Assembly (NCBI GenBank): GCA_004764695.1
Contig: SMSO01000035.1
Span: forward strand, 1,922,001 to 1,986,000
DNA from: Schizochytrium sp. TIO01
Lineage: Eukaryota > Protista > Bigyra: Labyrinthulomycetes
Direction: 5' to 3'
Length of the DNA: 64,000 bases
The notes under the pieces are model-generated. The model was given only the letters and a program-made list of their open reading frames with translations, was not told where the DNA came from and did no database searches. The translations under genes were made by a program, and so were the position numbers. Positions 21,445 through 31,991 of the stretch are shown piece after piece (the first letter of the stretch is position 1; each line of letters begins with the position of its first letter).

Positions 21445-23204
21445 ATGTCGGACCACATCGGCGCTCCGAAGGGCGTGCGGCGCGTGGTTCATGTGGAGTG
21501 GGATGAGGCAAACGGTACCTTCAAGGGCCTCCCCGATGTGTGGGGTTCTGCTGCTGGTGGACAGAGCCGACTTGAAACCAATTCTCGTGCCATCACCGCC
21601 ATCGGCCAGCACGTGCAACCAGCGCCTCCGTCGCGGTCTGTGAAACCTCCCAAGAAGCAGAAGAAGCAGAAACGGAGCAAGAAGTCCAAGAAGAAGAAGG
21701 GCCATGACAGTGATGATGATGAAGGGTTTTCGGTGTCTATGCCGTACCAGGTGAACCATGTTGAACACGTAAGTTCTTTGCTGAAGTTTGCTTTCTGGCG
21801 ATTGGTCTACTGAGAGCTGTTGTTATGATATCTCCATAGAAGCGGGGCACGTAATCCTTTCATGTGTAATTATGGTTAGATTGCGAACTAGCGACCCTTG
21901 GCTGAGTTAACTTTGACAGCTTGATGGGATGCGAAGTTGAATGAGACTCCGTTTAATTACGATGCGTGATGTGTTGGAGTGTTCTTGAATCTGTCCCAGG
22001 GTGTTTTGTAAGAAGAATGTTGAGAATACGGTGACTAACAGAACAAGGGGAATAACGTGTCTTACGTGTGTATGTGTTGAACTCTACAATGCTTGAAATA
22101 AATACGGTTGCTGTATGGATAATGTTATATATGTAGGTGGGAGTGGATGCAAGATCCTCGACGGGTTTTACAGGTTTGCCCGACAGATGGCGTGCACTCC
22201 TCAAGGTGTCTGGTATCAGCCGTGAAGATGTTCAAGCTCACCCTGACGAGGTCTTAGATGTCCTGAAATTCCACTTGGAGGGTCCTGCCGCTCCACCAAA
22301 GCTGCCGAGCCGTCAGACTCTGCAGCGCGACATGCTTCGTGCTGTTGAGATTGCTTCGTTCAACCCAGACAAAATCATTCGCCGCGAACGAAAGATTGGT
22401 GAAGGTGCTGGTGGTGTTGTGTACATGGGTGTGGACCTGCGTAGCAAACAAAAAGTAGCCGTCAAGGTCAGTCCAATGAGCGACCTTGAAAACATCAAAA
22501 ACGAAATTGCTATGCACGCCCTTTCAAAACATGATAATATTGTAGGCATTATTGAAACCATCTCGTGGCAGGAAGAGTTGTATATCGTTCTTGAGCTCAT
22601 GGACGGTGGTGCATTGACAGACTGCCTTGGCCGGGGTGTGACTTGGCTTGAGTCTAACATTGCATATGTGGCTCGTGAGGCCATTCAAGGTCTTGCATTT
22701 CTACACAAGAACCACCGTTTGCACCGTGATATTAAATCTGACAACATCCTTGTCGATTTCAAGGGCCGTGTAAAGCTTGCTGATTTCGGATTCAGTGTTG
22801 GTCTTACTGAAGAGGAGAACAAGCGCAAGTCTGTCGTTGGTACCCCGTACTGGATGGCTCCGGAGCTCATTCGTGGTCTAGAATATGACGCTAAAGTAGA
22901 TGTATGGTCTATGGGTATCACTGTCATTGAGTGCTGCGAAGGTGAACCCCCTCTTATTGACGAGCAGCCTCTTCGTGCCCTCCTTCTCATCACCATTCAG
23001 GCGCCACCTGTCCTGGAGCATCCGGAGAAGTGGAGCAATGAGCTAAATCACTATCTTAAGCGCTCTCTTATGACTCGTCCAGAACAGCGGCCTGATACCA
23101 CAGCTCTTCTGATGCACCCATGGTTCAGGAAGGCAGGAAATGCGACCGAGTTTGCCGAGCATGTTAAGCGCGTGCTTACGGCGAGACGGGGTGGAAACTC
23201 CTAA
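21445..23204 (+). CDS. PAK/STE20-family Ser/Thr kinase with two tandem CRIB/PBD motifs; 2 exons (paralog A)
   Basis: Exon 1 is 21445-21768 (ATG..HVEH|gtaagt), the intron 21769-22136 ends in tag, and exon 2 is 22137-23204 (VGVD...), phase 0, 463 aa. Kinase motifs GEGAGG, VAVK, HRDIKSDN, DFG, SVVGTPYWMAPE, GEPP. Confidence 0.9.
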
Positions 23205-24261
23205 GCCTGCAGGAGCATGCTGGTAGTAGGAACATGACACCTGATATAGCAGTAGTAGCAACGTTCGTTCATGTTTGCATGGTATGTAAATGACGAGCGT
23301 TCTGTTGTTTTGTGATCTTTGTACCTGTTGATTCTATGCACTTCTTCTGCACATCTCATTTGGTTTGATCCTCTCTCTCCCCATACCGTTAACCCCCGTT
23401 TCCTTATGATTTTCCTTCCCTCTTATCCTTTTCGTTCTCTCGGCCCTTATTCTGATAGCTGGGCTGACCTTTTTTAATCTTACTTTTCTTAAATTTTCGC
23501 TACCCCAACGAGCGGTCACACTCATATCGTGTCTGCTGTTGTCCTGCTCGAGGCTTACTTAATAAGCCCATTTGTATTAGGGCTCTTCATTTTCGAGGAG
23601 CCAAAAAAAGTATCGTTCGTATTCGACTCTGAAAATTTGTTATTCACTGCAAACAGAAATGCTTACGACAGTACCTCATCAGGACAGGAAAAAACAAAAA
23701 CAAAAAAAACATGATATACCTCCAATTTTTTAAAGAATGAAAAGCAAAGATTCCCGTGTGTTTTCATGAATTTTTTTTCTGATCCTTGAAGTATATTTAA
23801 AACACTCTAGCAGGTGTGTCTAATTACACTTTGACAAATCAAAGACAAAGCTACTGGCAACTTTTGTTTCTTTGTTCATTAAGTGGGAGAATTAGAATCA
23901 TTTCCACCCTCATGCCTGATGGAGCCAAAGATGGCAGCAAACATATTATTACAACTTCAGTTCTAATGGCAGAATCCGTTTTTCAAACAGTAGGAAATTA
24001 GGAAAGAAAATAGAAAAAGCACTTTAAGGTAATGTAGAACCTAATTCGAGGCTAAAGAGCGAATGGTTGTAGGTACAGTGTTCTTCCATACTACATGATA
24101 AGTGTATAAAATTGTGGCACTATGTGAGTATGAAAAAAGATGAAAAATGTCGTTCTGTGTTTGGTTGTCAATGCTTTAGTACATGTGTTATGAAAGTCAT
24201 GCGCGAGACAGATACCCTAATAAGGTAAAAACTGTTCTTCAATCTTTTGATCAACGCACGA

Positions 24262-25740
24262 CTACCTCTTGCGACCAAGAACTGATTGTACATGCTGAGC
24301 AAAAACGTTGCGCGGTGAGGCAGTTTTGACCCAGGGGTGTAACAACAGCTGGTCAGTGGAAGCACGCTGTTCTGGGCGAATAGCAAGGCAACGTTTGAGA
24401 AAGTGCAAGAAAGCTGCACTCCACTGCTGAGGCTGCTCTACAGTTGGGGAGGGCTGAATAGTAATTAACAACAAAGCGCGAAGAGGCTGTTCGTCGATTA
24501 GAGGAGGCTCGCCATCTGCACATTCAATTGCAGTAATTCCCAAAGACCACACATCGACCTTGGAATCGTATTCAAGACCGCGGATTAGTTCTGGAGCCAT
24601 CCAGTACGGTGTTCCAACGACAGACTTGCGTTTGTTCTCCTCAGAAGTCAAAGAAACAGCAAATCCAAAGTCTGCAAGTTTGATACGGCCATCAAAGTCC
24701 ACAAGAATGTTGTCAGACTTGATATCACGGTGCAATCGATGGTGGCGATGCAGAAAGCTAAGGCCCATAAGAGCTTGCTGGCATACGTATGCGATGCATG
24801 ACTCCTTCCATTGTACACCGCGACCAAGGACATCCGTGAGTGCACCGCCGTTCATGAACTCAAGCATAATCCAAATCTCATCTTTCCAAGCCACTGTTTC
24901 TTTGTAGCCAACAATGTTCTCGTGGCTACTTAGCGCATGAAGGGCGATTTCTGACCGCAAGGTTTCAAGTTCGGAAAGAGGGGCTACCTTGACAGCAACG
25001 CGTTCCTTTGTACGCAAGTCGGTGGCAAGATAGACGGTGCCTCCAGCACCTTCGCCAAGTTTCTTCTCGCGTCGAACAATTTTGTTCGGGTCGAATGACT
25101 TGATCTCTGCTGCTTGCGCCATGTTGCGCCGCAGAGTCTGACGGCTTGGAACCTTGGGACCTGGGCCTTCGAGGTGAAATTGAATGACATCAAGCACCTC
25201 TTGAGGATGGGCGGACACCTCTTCCTTGGAAATACCACTAGCTTTAAGAAGAGCTCGCCATTTGCTTGGGAGACCGGTGAAGCCTGTTGAGGATCTTGGG
25301 TCAACACCAACGTGCTCAACGTGCTGAAAATTGTATGGCCGTCCGATTGAGATGCCATCATCACTAGCGCCGTCAGTGTTACGGTGTCTATTTTTCTTAA
25401 AGATGTTCTTATACGAAGGTTTTGCAGGAGCTACGTGGCTTCCCAGCACAGACATGGCCCTTGTAGAAGTTTCATTCTGGCTCGCTGCTTTAGGCACCAT
25501 GCTTGCCCAAACATCTGGCAAACCCTTGAACGTGCCTGTCGCTTCGTCGAATTCCACGTGTACGCATCTCAGAACATTCGTGGGTCCACTGATTTCCTCC
25601 TTGGGCTGCAAATACTGCTGTTGCGTGCTGATGAGGTTGTGAGTATTTCCAATGTTATGTCCAGGGGCGCTCGCCCCGCTAGCACCTCCCATCGAAGCAG
25701 CAGCCGCCGCCGATGCTGTTGCCGTGGGCCCCCCACTCAT
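24262..25740 (-). CDS. PAK/STE20-family Ser/Thr kinase with two tandem CRIB/PBD motifs; intronless CDS (paralog B)
   Basis: 492-aa ATG ORF with ISGPTNVLRCVH..GLPDVW and IGRPYNFQHVEHVG..GLPSKW, plus HRDIKSDN, DFG and GTPYWMAPE. It is colinear with the spliced paralog at 21445-23204. Confidence 0.92.
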   Translation of the reverse strand: MSGGPTATASAAAAASMGGASGASAPGHNIGNTHNLISTQQQYLQPKEEISGPTNVLRCVHVEFDEATGTFKGLPDVWASMVPKAASQNETSTRAMSVLGSHVAPAKPSYKNIFKKNRHRNTDGASDDGISIGRPYNFQHVEHVGVDPRSSTGFTGLPSKWRALLKASGISKEEVSAHPQEVLDVIQFHLEGPGPKVPSRQTLRRNMAQAAEIKSFDPNKIVRREKKLGEGAGGTVYLATDLRTKERVAVKVAPLSELETLRSEIALHALSSHENIVGYKETVAWKDEIWIMLEFMNGGALTDVLGRGVQWKESCIAYVCQQALMGLSFLHRHHRLHRDIKSDNILVDFDGRIKLADFGFAVSLTSEENKRKSVVGTPYWMAPELIRGLEYDSKVDVWSLGITAIECADGEPPLIDEQPLRALLLITIQPSPTVEQPQQWSAAFLHFLKRCLAIRPEQRASTDQLLLHPWVKTASPRNVFAQHVQSVLGRKR

Positions 25741-26235
25741 TTTACAATATTGCCTTTCTCTTCAATAGGACGATATTGTTTTCCCGAACAAACCTCTCGC
25801 ACGCAGGGGGTACAGTGTACTGGCGTCAATGAGATAAGGTTTTGACGACAACTAGTGCGCGAGACGGCACGTCGAATAAACTTCTTTGTTTGGGGCTCTT
25901 CACAGTCCAGCAACTCAGCTCAGAACTAACCCGAAGGAAAGGCGTTGTAGATTCAATCCAAAAGATATGATGAACGCTCCTGAGAATCTACGCACTGATA
26001 CCGTTCTGCGCGAGTCGCAGTAGCGAGCAGTAGAGTCACAAACCAGGCAGGCAGGAAGAAAGCTACAGGAGACCGACCTTTCAGTCTTGCTTGATGTGTC
26101 TGCAACTTAAACTCGCCTTTTCTGCTAGCTATTCTTCCCCGCTGCCTCACGCGCCGCGACCTCGCCTCGCGCACCTCAGCCTAGCGTTCCAGCTCCAGCG
26201 ACCAGGCCCGACCGCCCAATGTGCCACGCCGCCTC

Positions 26236-26345
26236 CAACCTCAATCCCAACCTCAATCTCAATCTCAATCTCAATCTCAATTTTTGATATCCCAAAGACC
26301 GATCAATCAATCAGTCAATCAATCGATCTCCAAATCAATTAATCA
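26236..26345. repeat. (TCAATC)n followed by degenerate (TCAA)n microsatellite
   Basis: Visible tandem units caatct/tcaatc and tcaa. Confidence 0.85.
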
Positions 26346-26449
26346 AGCACTCCTACCGTTTACAATAGCCTACCCCTACGCACTTGCTATCGAGACGGTC
26401 TGGCCAGCCTGTTCCCCGCGTTCCCCCTTATTAGCCCTCTGAGGTGCTC

Positions 26450-26528
<79 letters not shown>
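26450..26528. repeat. (TCTT)n microsatellite
   Basis: About 19 perfect tctt units. Confidence 0.95.
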
Positions 26529-26880
26529 GTCCTTCGTTCTGTCTTTCTCCTCGCTAGCCAGCGCGCCGTCTTTCCCGCTCTCTTCGAAGACACCGCGGGG
26601 AGGGGCGAGGGAGGGCGTGGCGAGAGGCAGCCGCGGGCCGCCGCCTCGAGCGGAGGGGCCTAGCGCTGCGGCGTGGGCCGGCCGGTCTGGGCTGCCGCGT
26701 TTGTCTTCGAGGCCTCTTGCTCGGGGAGTTGGGAGTAAGAGCTCTGTCTGGGATGGCGCGACCCCTGTATTTTAATAGCCAGCACCGTGTACTAAATTCG
26801 CAGGGGAGGCGTATTTTAATTTGGTCTCTGAGTTTGGTTTGAATTGGCGGAAATATTCAAAATTTGCGACTCGGAATAAC

Positions 26881-27045
26881 TTGAATTTGAATTTGAACTT
26901 GAGTTTGAATTTGAATTTGAATTTGAATTTGAGTTTGAGTTTGAGTTTGAATTTGAATTCGAATCTGAATTTGAATTTAAATTTGAATTTGAATTTGAAT
27001 TTGAATTTGAATTCGAACTTGAACTTGAATTTGAACTTGAATTGA
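26881..27045. repeat. (TTGAAT)n hexamer tandem repeat with variants
   Basis: About 27 units: ttgaat with ttgagt, ttgaac, tcgaat and ctgaat variants. Confidence 0.95.
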
Positions 27046-27313
27046 TTGAAGCTGATTGAAGTTGAACTCCAAACTGGGATCGATCTCTCGCGCTCTGCGT
27101 TTCCGTGCTTCTGTCGCACGGCGGCCGGCTCCGAGGATGGCGCTGCGGCTGCGAGGCAGCGCCGGTCGGCGGAGAGGGCGGCGAGGGGGTTTGAAGTGCT
27201 GATGGCGGAGAGGAAAGTAGGTGAAACCAGGAAAAGGCGAGAACTCGATTTTACTTTTTACGAAGTACGAGTTTGAAACAAAGTCGAACTTGAAAGAAAG
27301 AAAGGAAGAAAAG

Positions 27314-27341
27314 ATAATAATAATAATAATAATAATAATAA
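27314..27341. repeat. (AAT)n microsatellite
   Basis: About 9 tandem aat units. Confidence 0.9.
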
Positions 27342-29664
27342 AGAAAGCATGGAAAACAGAATCGAAGATGCAGCGAGAACTACAAACAGCGCAACTTGAA
27401 GCGACGCGAGCTCTTGACAGCTCTGCAGAGGCCTGGACCAAGTCTGTCGACCATAGGCGAGACATTGGCAAGGCTTGCAGGAGCATCTGGGGCCCCGCTG
27501 GATTAGCTAGTGGGCTTGAGTATACCAGACGAGAGATTTAATCAGATCAGATTAGATTTCTTGACGCCATCGACGTAGGACTATTTAACATGCATTGGTA
27601 GAAGTGATGGGCGGTATCAAAAATCGTGGGTTTACATTTGGAGAAGCGAGAATGCAATTCAAGCAATTGAATGTGATGTCTTGCTGCAGAAGATACAGCT
27701 CAAGGTCTTGAAGAGACGCGCGGTCCTTCGAGGTGAACACAGCCTGGCAGGTCCAGCTTCGAGCACTCAGGACTCGGTGGCCCTTGTAGCTGGATCTATC
27801 TGAGGCGGCTGAAAAGGACTGAAGAAGAAAATTGCGTATGATGAATTACCAACAAGAAAGCCAAAAAAACCACCTTCGAAACAATCTGAAGATGAGAACC
27901 AAACGCAGAAACATCTCAAGCATCCTGAGGAGAGTGGGCCAGCCTCTTGCGAGCCGAGGCAAGAAGGCCTTGCTGGTCGGTCTCTTGATCTGGTTGGTGC
28001 GAGACGGTCAGGTAGAGGAGGAGCCAATTCACCATCCTCTGGAATGCATGTACGGCATGCGTTGAATCTTGAAGCAGATAAGCTTAGTTTGGTACATAGG
28101 CACTGCTGGTAGAAGATCATGAGAAAAGTGCCATTTACTTTTTGCGATTGAAAGACATATACAGGAGTAATATGCACCATATTGCCCGCCTCAAGGTCAC
28201 CAACGTTTTAGGAGGTGTAACAAGCAGAGCTAGAGAATGGGCAAGAGGCACTGCGAGGAGGACAAGCATAGGGTACCAATTAAGGCAAGAACTCTGGAGT
28301 TGGTGCGCAAGGCCGTGCGAAAACTTGGTACGAGTCGGGAAAACTCACAAGAGGTGCCCTGCGGTGACCCAAGTTGCTACGGTCAAGTGATATTGTTATC
28401 GACGTGGGCATGAAGTAGGAATTGATGATGCACTTCAACTTGTAAGGCTGATTTTCTGTTTTAAAAAAAGACAAAAGTTCAAGTTCATTTAGGCAGAAAT
28501 GCACGCCTGCAGCAACTAACTTGCCCCAATTGCGCTCAATGCGTATGTGAGACATGCATTTAAGCGGTTGAACAAAGAAAGTGGGTCTGCAGAAGAGCAT
28601 GTGTGAGCAAGAGGCGGAACAGAATTTTAGGGACAAATTTAATTCACCTTATTTGAACGCGTGCACAGGGTGGTGTATACCTTACACAAATAATTGACCG
28701 GATAGACCTCGGCCAAACAATGTTCCACGGTGAGGTCAGGATCAGAATGTCATAGGTAGGCGTTCTCTTCGTGAACGGGCCAAATTTTTTGCTTAAGTTT
28801 CTCCTACGTCCGAATGCTTTTGAGAAGTGCAAAATAAGCTTCGTTTTGCGATTTCATCTTGCCAACCCGCATGATATACTAGTATCTTTTTGTACCCTCT
28901 CTACCTAAATTTATACATAGTCTTGCAAGACCCAGCTTGCAGAATAACCTAGCTTTGGGTGAGATCCCCAGAAAGTCAGCATGCCAGTTAGCAATCTTAG
29001 AACAGAAAGAAGAACCTTGCGTGCCCAACACTCAAAGGAAAAGATAAGAAAATTAACAATTCTGGACTTCTTACTATTTTTAGTGCATTCTCCGCGCATT
29101 CATTACAAATTTATGTCACTGGTCAGGGCAAATCGAAAGTGGATTTGCGTTAACCTTTAATGCAAGGATTAAAGATGATAGTCTAAGTATTGATTTCGAT
29201 AAACAGTGACTATAATATACTCGGCTGGAAAACCGATTTTGCATAGACCAAGCTTTTGCTCCACTTTCTTCTATGAGCTCGAGACAGGTCTTGAGTTATT
29301 TTTTAATATCGTATGTCCTAGTGCTTTATAATGTTTGTTCCCATGTTGCGATCACTTCAATCCTGTGAAATAATTATCCTGTGAAATAAGTGAGGGTTTA
29401 TACCGCGCCATCACTCAGGAAACTACTCCCGGAACCTTGTATTTTTTATGCCTTATTACTCGCTACCTGCACAGATTATCTGATTGAGACATTTCGAATG
29501 ATCTTCTTTTGCTGTTCTTCTGAGGCTGTTTTGTTTTATTTCTAATAATAACATGGTAATAAAAGAACAACAATAATAATAGATAGCTTTGTCAATAAAT
29601 CAAATTCTTCGCCTGAGCAGCGGAGTTAGTTCATCGCAAGGCCTCATCTACAGGAGCCAATACT

Positions 29665-30603
29665 ATGGCAGCATCTGTAAATGTTGCAAGTGTTTCTCCT
29701 GTAGATGGTTGGACATTGCTTTTCACAGGTCTCGTGGGTCTGCTTGTGCTAGCATACTTTGTGCATTCCTCTACCAGAGGCCATGAAGGCGTCTCCACCT
29801 TTCGCGAGTTGCGACAAGTCCTTTTCCGTGGTGCGAGGAGGAATCAGAACCTCGAAAACGTTGCTGGTGGAGACCTTGATGGGATAGAAGATGGCGATGA
29901 CATCCTTGAAGAAGATCATGAAGTTCATGATGATCGAGACAATTTTGTTGACGAACTAGATAGCACCGATGATGATGAAGCAGAAGACGCAAATGATGGC
30001 CAAGAGCAGCACGAAAATCGAAATGCTATAGCCTTTGAAAATATGACAGAAAGGCAAATAGAAAGAGCGGAGCGTAAACGCCGTAAAAGAGAGCAACGCG
30101 AAGCTCGTGCTGAATGGCTGAGGGAACGTGAACGCCGGCGAAATGCTGAGCGAGAGGCATATTTGGATCGCCAGCGAGAACGTAATCAAGAGCGAGAGTT
30201 TGAAGAAGCCGCGGAACGGCAAGCTCAACAAGAGCAACTTCGTGAAGATGAAGCTGTATATAAGCGCTGGCGAGGCAAGATTTCCGTTGAGGCCGGTGGG
30301 GAAGATACAGATGACAATCAAGAGCGTGTGCTTGAGGAGATGATTGAGTATGTGAAAGAAAATAAAGTTGTCAGGCTAGAGGATGTAGCTGCACAGTTTA
30401 GTCTTCGAACACAAGAAGCTAAACAAAGGCTGGAGAATTTGGAGGTGCAAGGTCGCTTGTCAGGAGTATTTGATGACCGTGGAAAGTTTATTCATGTGTC
30501 ACAAAATGAATTACAAGCACTTGCAAAATACATCAAAAGGCGTGGCCGCGTGAGCATTCGTGAGCTGGCTGAAGCGCAGCTAGTAGCTGTGCTCCCAAAT
30601 TAG
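29665..30603 (+). CDS. DDRGK1: DDRGK domain-containing protein 1 (UFBP1, UFM1 E3 adaptor)
   Basis: 312-aa ATG ORF with an N-terminal TM anchor, an acidic region, an E/R coiled coil, and C-terminal KVVRLEDVAAQF...GRLSGVFDDRGKFIHVS...RGRVSIRELA. Confidence 0.95.
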   Translation: MAASVNVASVSPVDGWTLLFTGLVGLLVLAYFVHSSTRGHEGVSTFRELRQVLFRGARRNQNLENVAGGDLDGIEDGDDILEEDHEVHDDRDNFVDELDSTDDDEAEDANDGQEQHENRNAIAFENMTERQIERAERKRRKREQREARAEWLRERERRRNAEREAYLDRQRERNQEREFEEAAERQAQQEQLREDEAVYKRWRGKISVEAGGEDTDDNQERVLEEMIEYVKENKVVRLEDVAAQFSLRTQEAKQRLENLEVQGRLSGVFDDRGKFIHVSQNELQALAKYIKRRGRVSIRELAEAQLVAVLPN

Positions 30604-31439
30604 TTAATGAGCTGACCAGCTTCCCTGTCCTCCGAGCTGCCACTAGACGATTATTTATAGTAAACTATGAAATAGTGCTTACTTTCGTCTGCGTATGAAT
30701 CTTTGGGTGACATGATTCATCGCACTCTGTTGAAATAGGTAGCTTTATAATTCACGGTAAAGTTTGCGATAATTTATATTTCTAAAAAAAGTAATTTATC
30801 AAATCGGCGCGGTGTGGTGATTTATTCTGTCAGTTATTTCGTTTGTTGTTGATCTAATTTAACTCAAATCAAACGAATACGCGGGAAATAGATATCCTGA
30901 ATTAGGTATTCTGCTATCGAGAAGGCCTTAAAGGGTGCATGCAAATTTGGTAAGGGAGGGAGATGGTCAAGCCTATATCTGCGTAATGGTAAAACACGAA
31001 AACATTCGTTTTTTGAAGAACCGAAATATCTACCAGCATATGTAAGTAAAAGGTCATCTGCCAATAGATATGGACCCCCACTTCGCTGGATGCATGTCAA
31101 AGAGCTTCGTAAATATTTGACCTGTATGAAGCCCTTAGCCTAAGCTGACCTCTTTTACAGTTGAGTGTGGTGTAATCTTTGAGGACTTTTCATCAGACAA
31201 CCAAATATACGGGATTGTTGATAAACATACTCAAAGAACATTGTTCATTTCAGTAGCTCAGGCGACATTGTGCGTTTTTCGCACCCTCAGCGATATTCGT
31301 ATTTAGTCTTCATTCTCATATTGTTTTCGTCACTCTTGAACTTGCAGTGTCCAGCATCAACCGCAAGGGAAACGGATTGTTAATTTTTCTAATATATGAA
31401 CAACGGCTTCAGCCAGATGATTTCTAGCTATTTTGCAGT

Positions 31440-31991
31440 CTAGTTGGACAAGATTGATGAGAGTCGTTCGTGTGCCTGAATCTTGCGCTGCCACACAACA
31501 TAAAGTGCCCCTACTGCACCAATGATCATAACAAACTCAAAATACATGACATCATCCCCAGCAGATGCAACAGGTGGGTCGCATGCAAAAAACACGTTCA
31601 CCTCTTCAACTTTATAGCCGCATTCATGAGCACTTGCAGCTCCAGGTGTTCCGTCGCAGGAATCATCGTTGACGCGCTTTCGAATTTGGCACAGATACTC
31701 TTGCTTATAGCCGGTTCCAAGGCACGTTGGGTCTGTCGCAGCCCACTTAAGATCTTCTGCAGAACAACGTTCGCAAGCGCTAACAGCGTCGCAGTTCGAG
31801 CGAGCCTTTGCAGCGCTGGAAGAGTGAGATGAAACGGCGTCGCTCAGGCCGGACACGCTGTCAATGCCAGCTTCGGCAGCCGCTGGAACCGCTAGAAAGG
31901 TCGCAAAGAACACCAAAAGCAAAGCCAAAGCCATCGCAGGCAGTCCTGTTGGACGTAGGCGACGCGAGGACGATGCGAGTGACGGCATCAT
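31440..31991 (-). CDS. JTB (jumping translocation breakpoint)-like type I membrane protein
   Basis: First ATG is 31991 (183 aa). Signal peptide (ALALLLVFFATFLAVPAAA), Cys module CxxVSACERC..CLGTGYKQEYLC..FFAC, then YFEF-TM-QRK tail. This layout matches the JTB family. Confidence 0.65.
   Translation of the reverse strand: MMPSLASSSRRLRPTGLPAMALALLLVFFATFLAVPAAAEAGIDSVSGLSDAVSSHSSSAAKARSNCDAVSACERCSAEDLKWAATDPTCLGTGYKQEYLCQIRKRVNDDSCDGTPGAASAHECGYKVEEVNVFFACDPPVASAGDDVMYFEFVMIIGAVGALYVVWQRKIQAHERLSSILSN

Noticed and set aside
26881-27045. Hexamer array considered as a CRISPR array or telomeric repeat
   Set aside because: It has no spacers or cas genes, the unit is not G-rich or telomere-like, and it is internal.
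26387-27541. ORFs encoding KERK, FKFK, LNLN, QIQI and poly-I runs
   Set aside because: These are translations of microsatellites that lack stop codons, not genes.
29360-29389. Short direct repeats (atcctgtgaaataa x2; also 13313-13339 and 20620-20652)
   Set aside because: These look like local slippage duplications, with no element between them to suggest target-site duplications.
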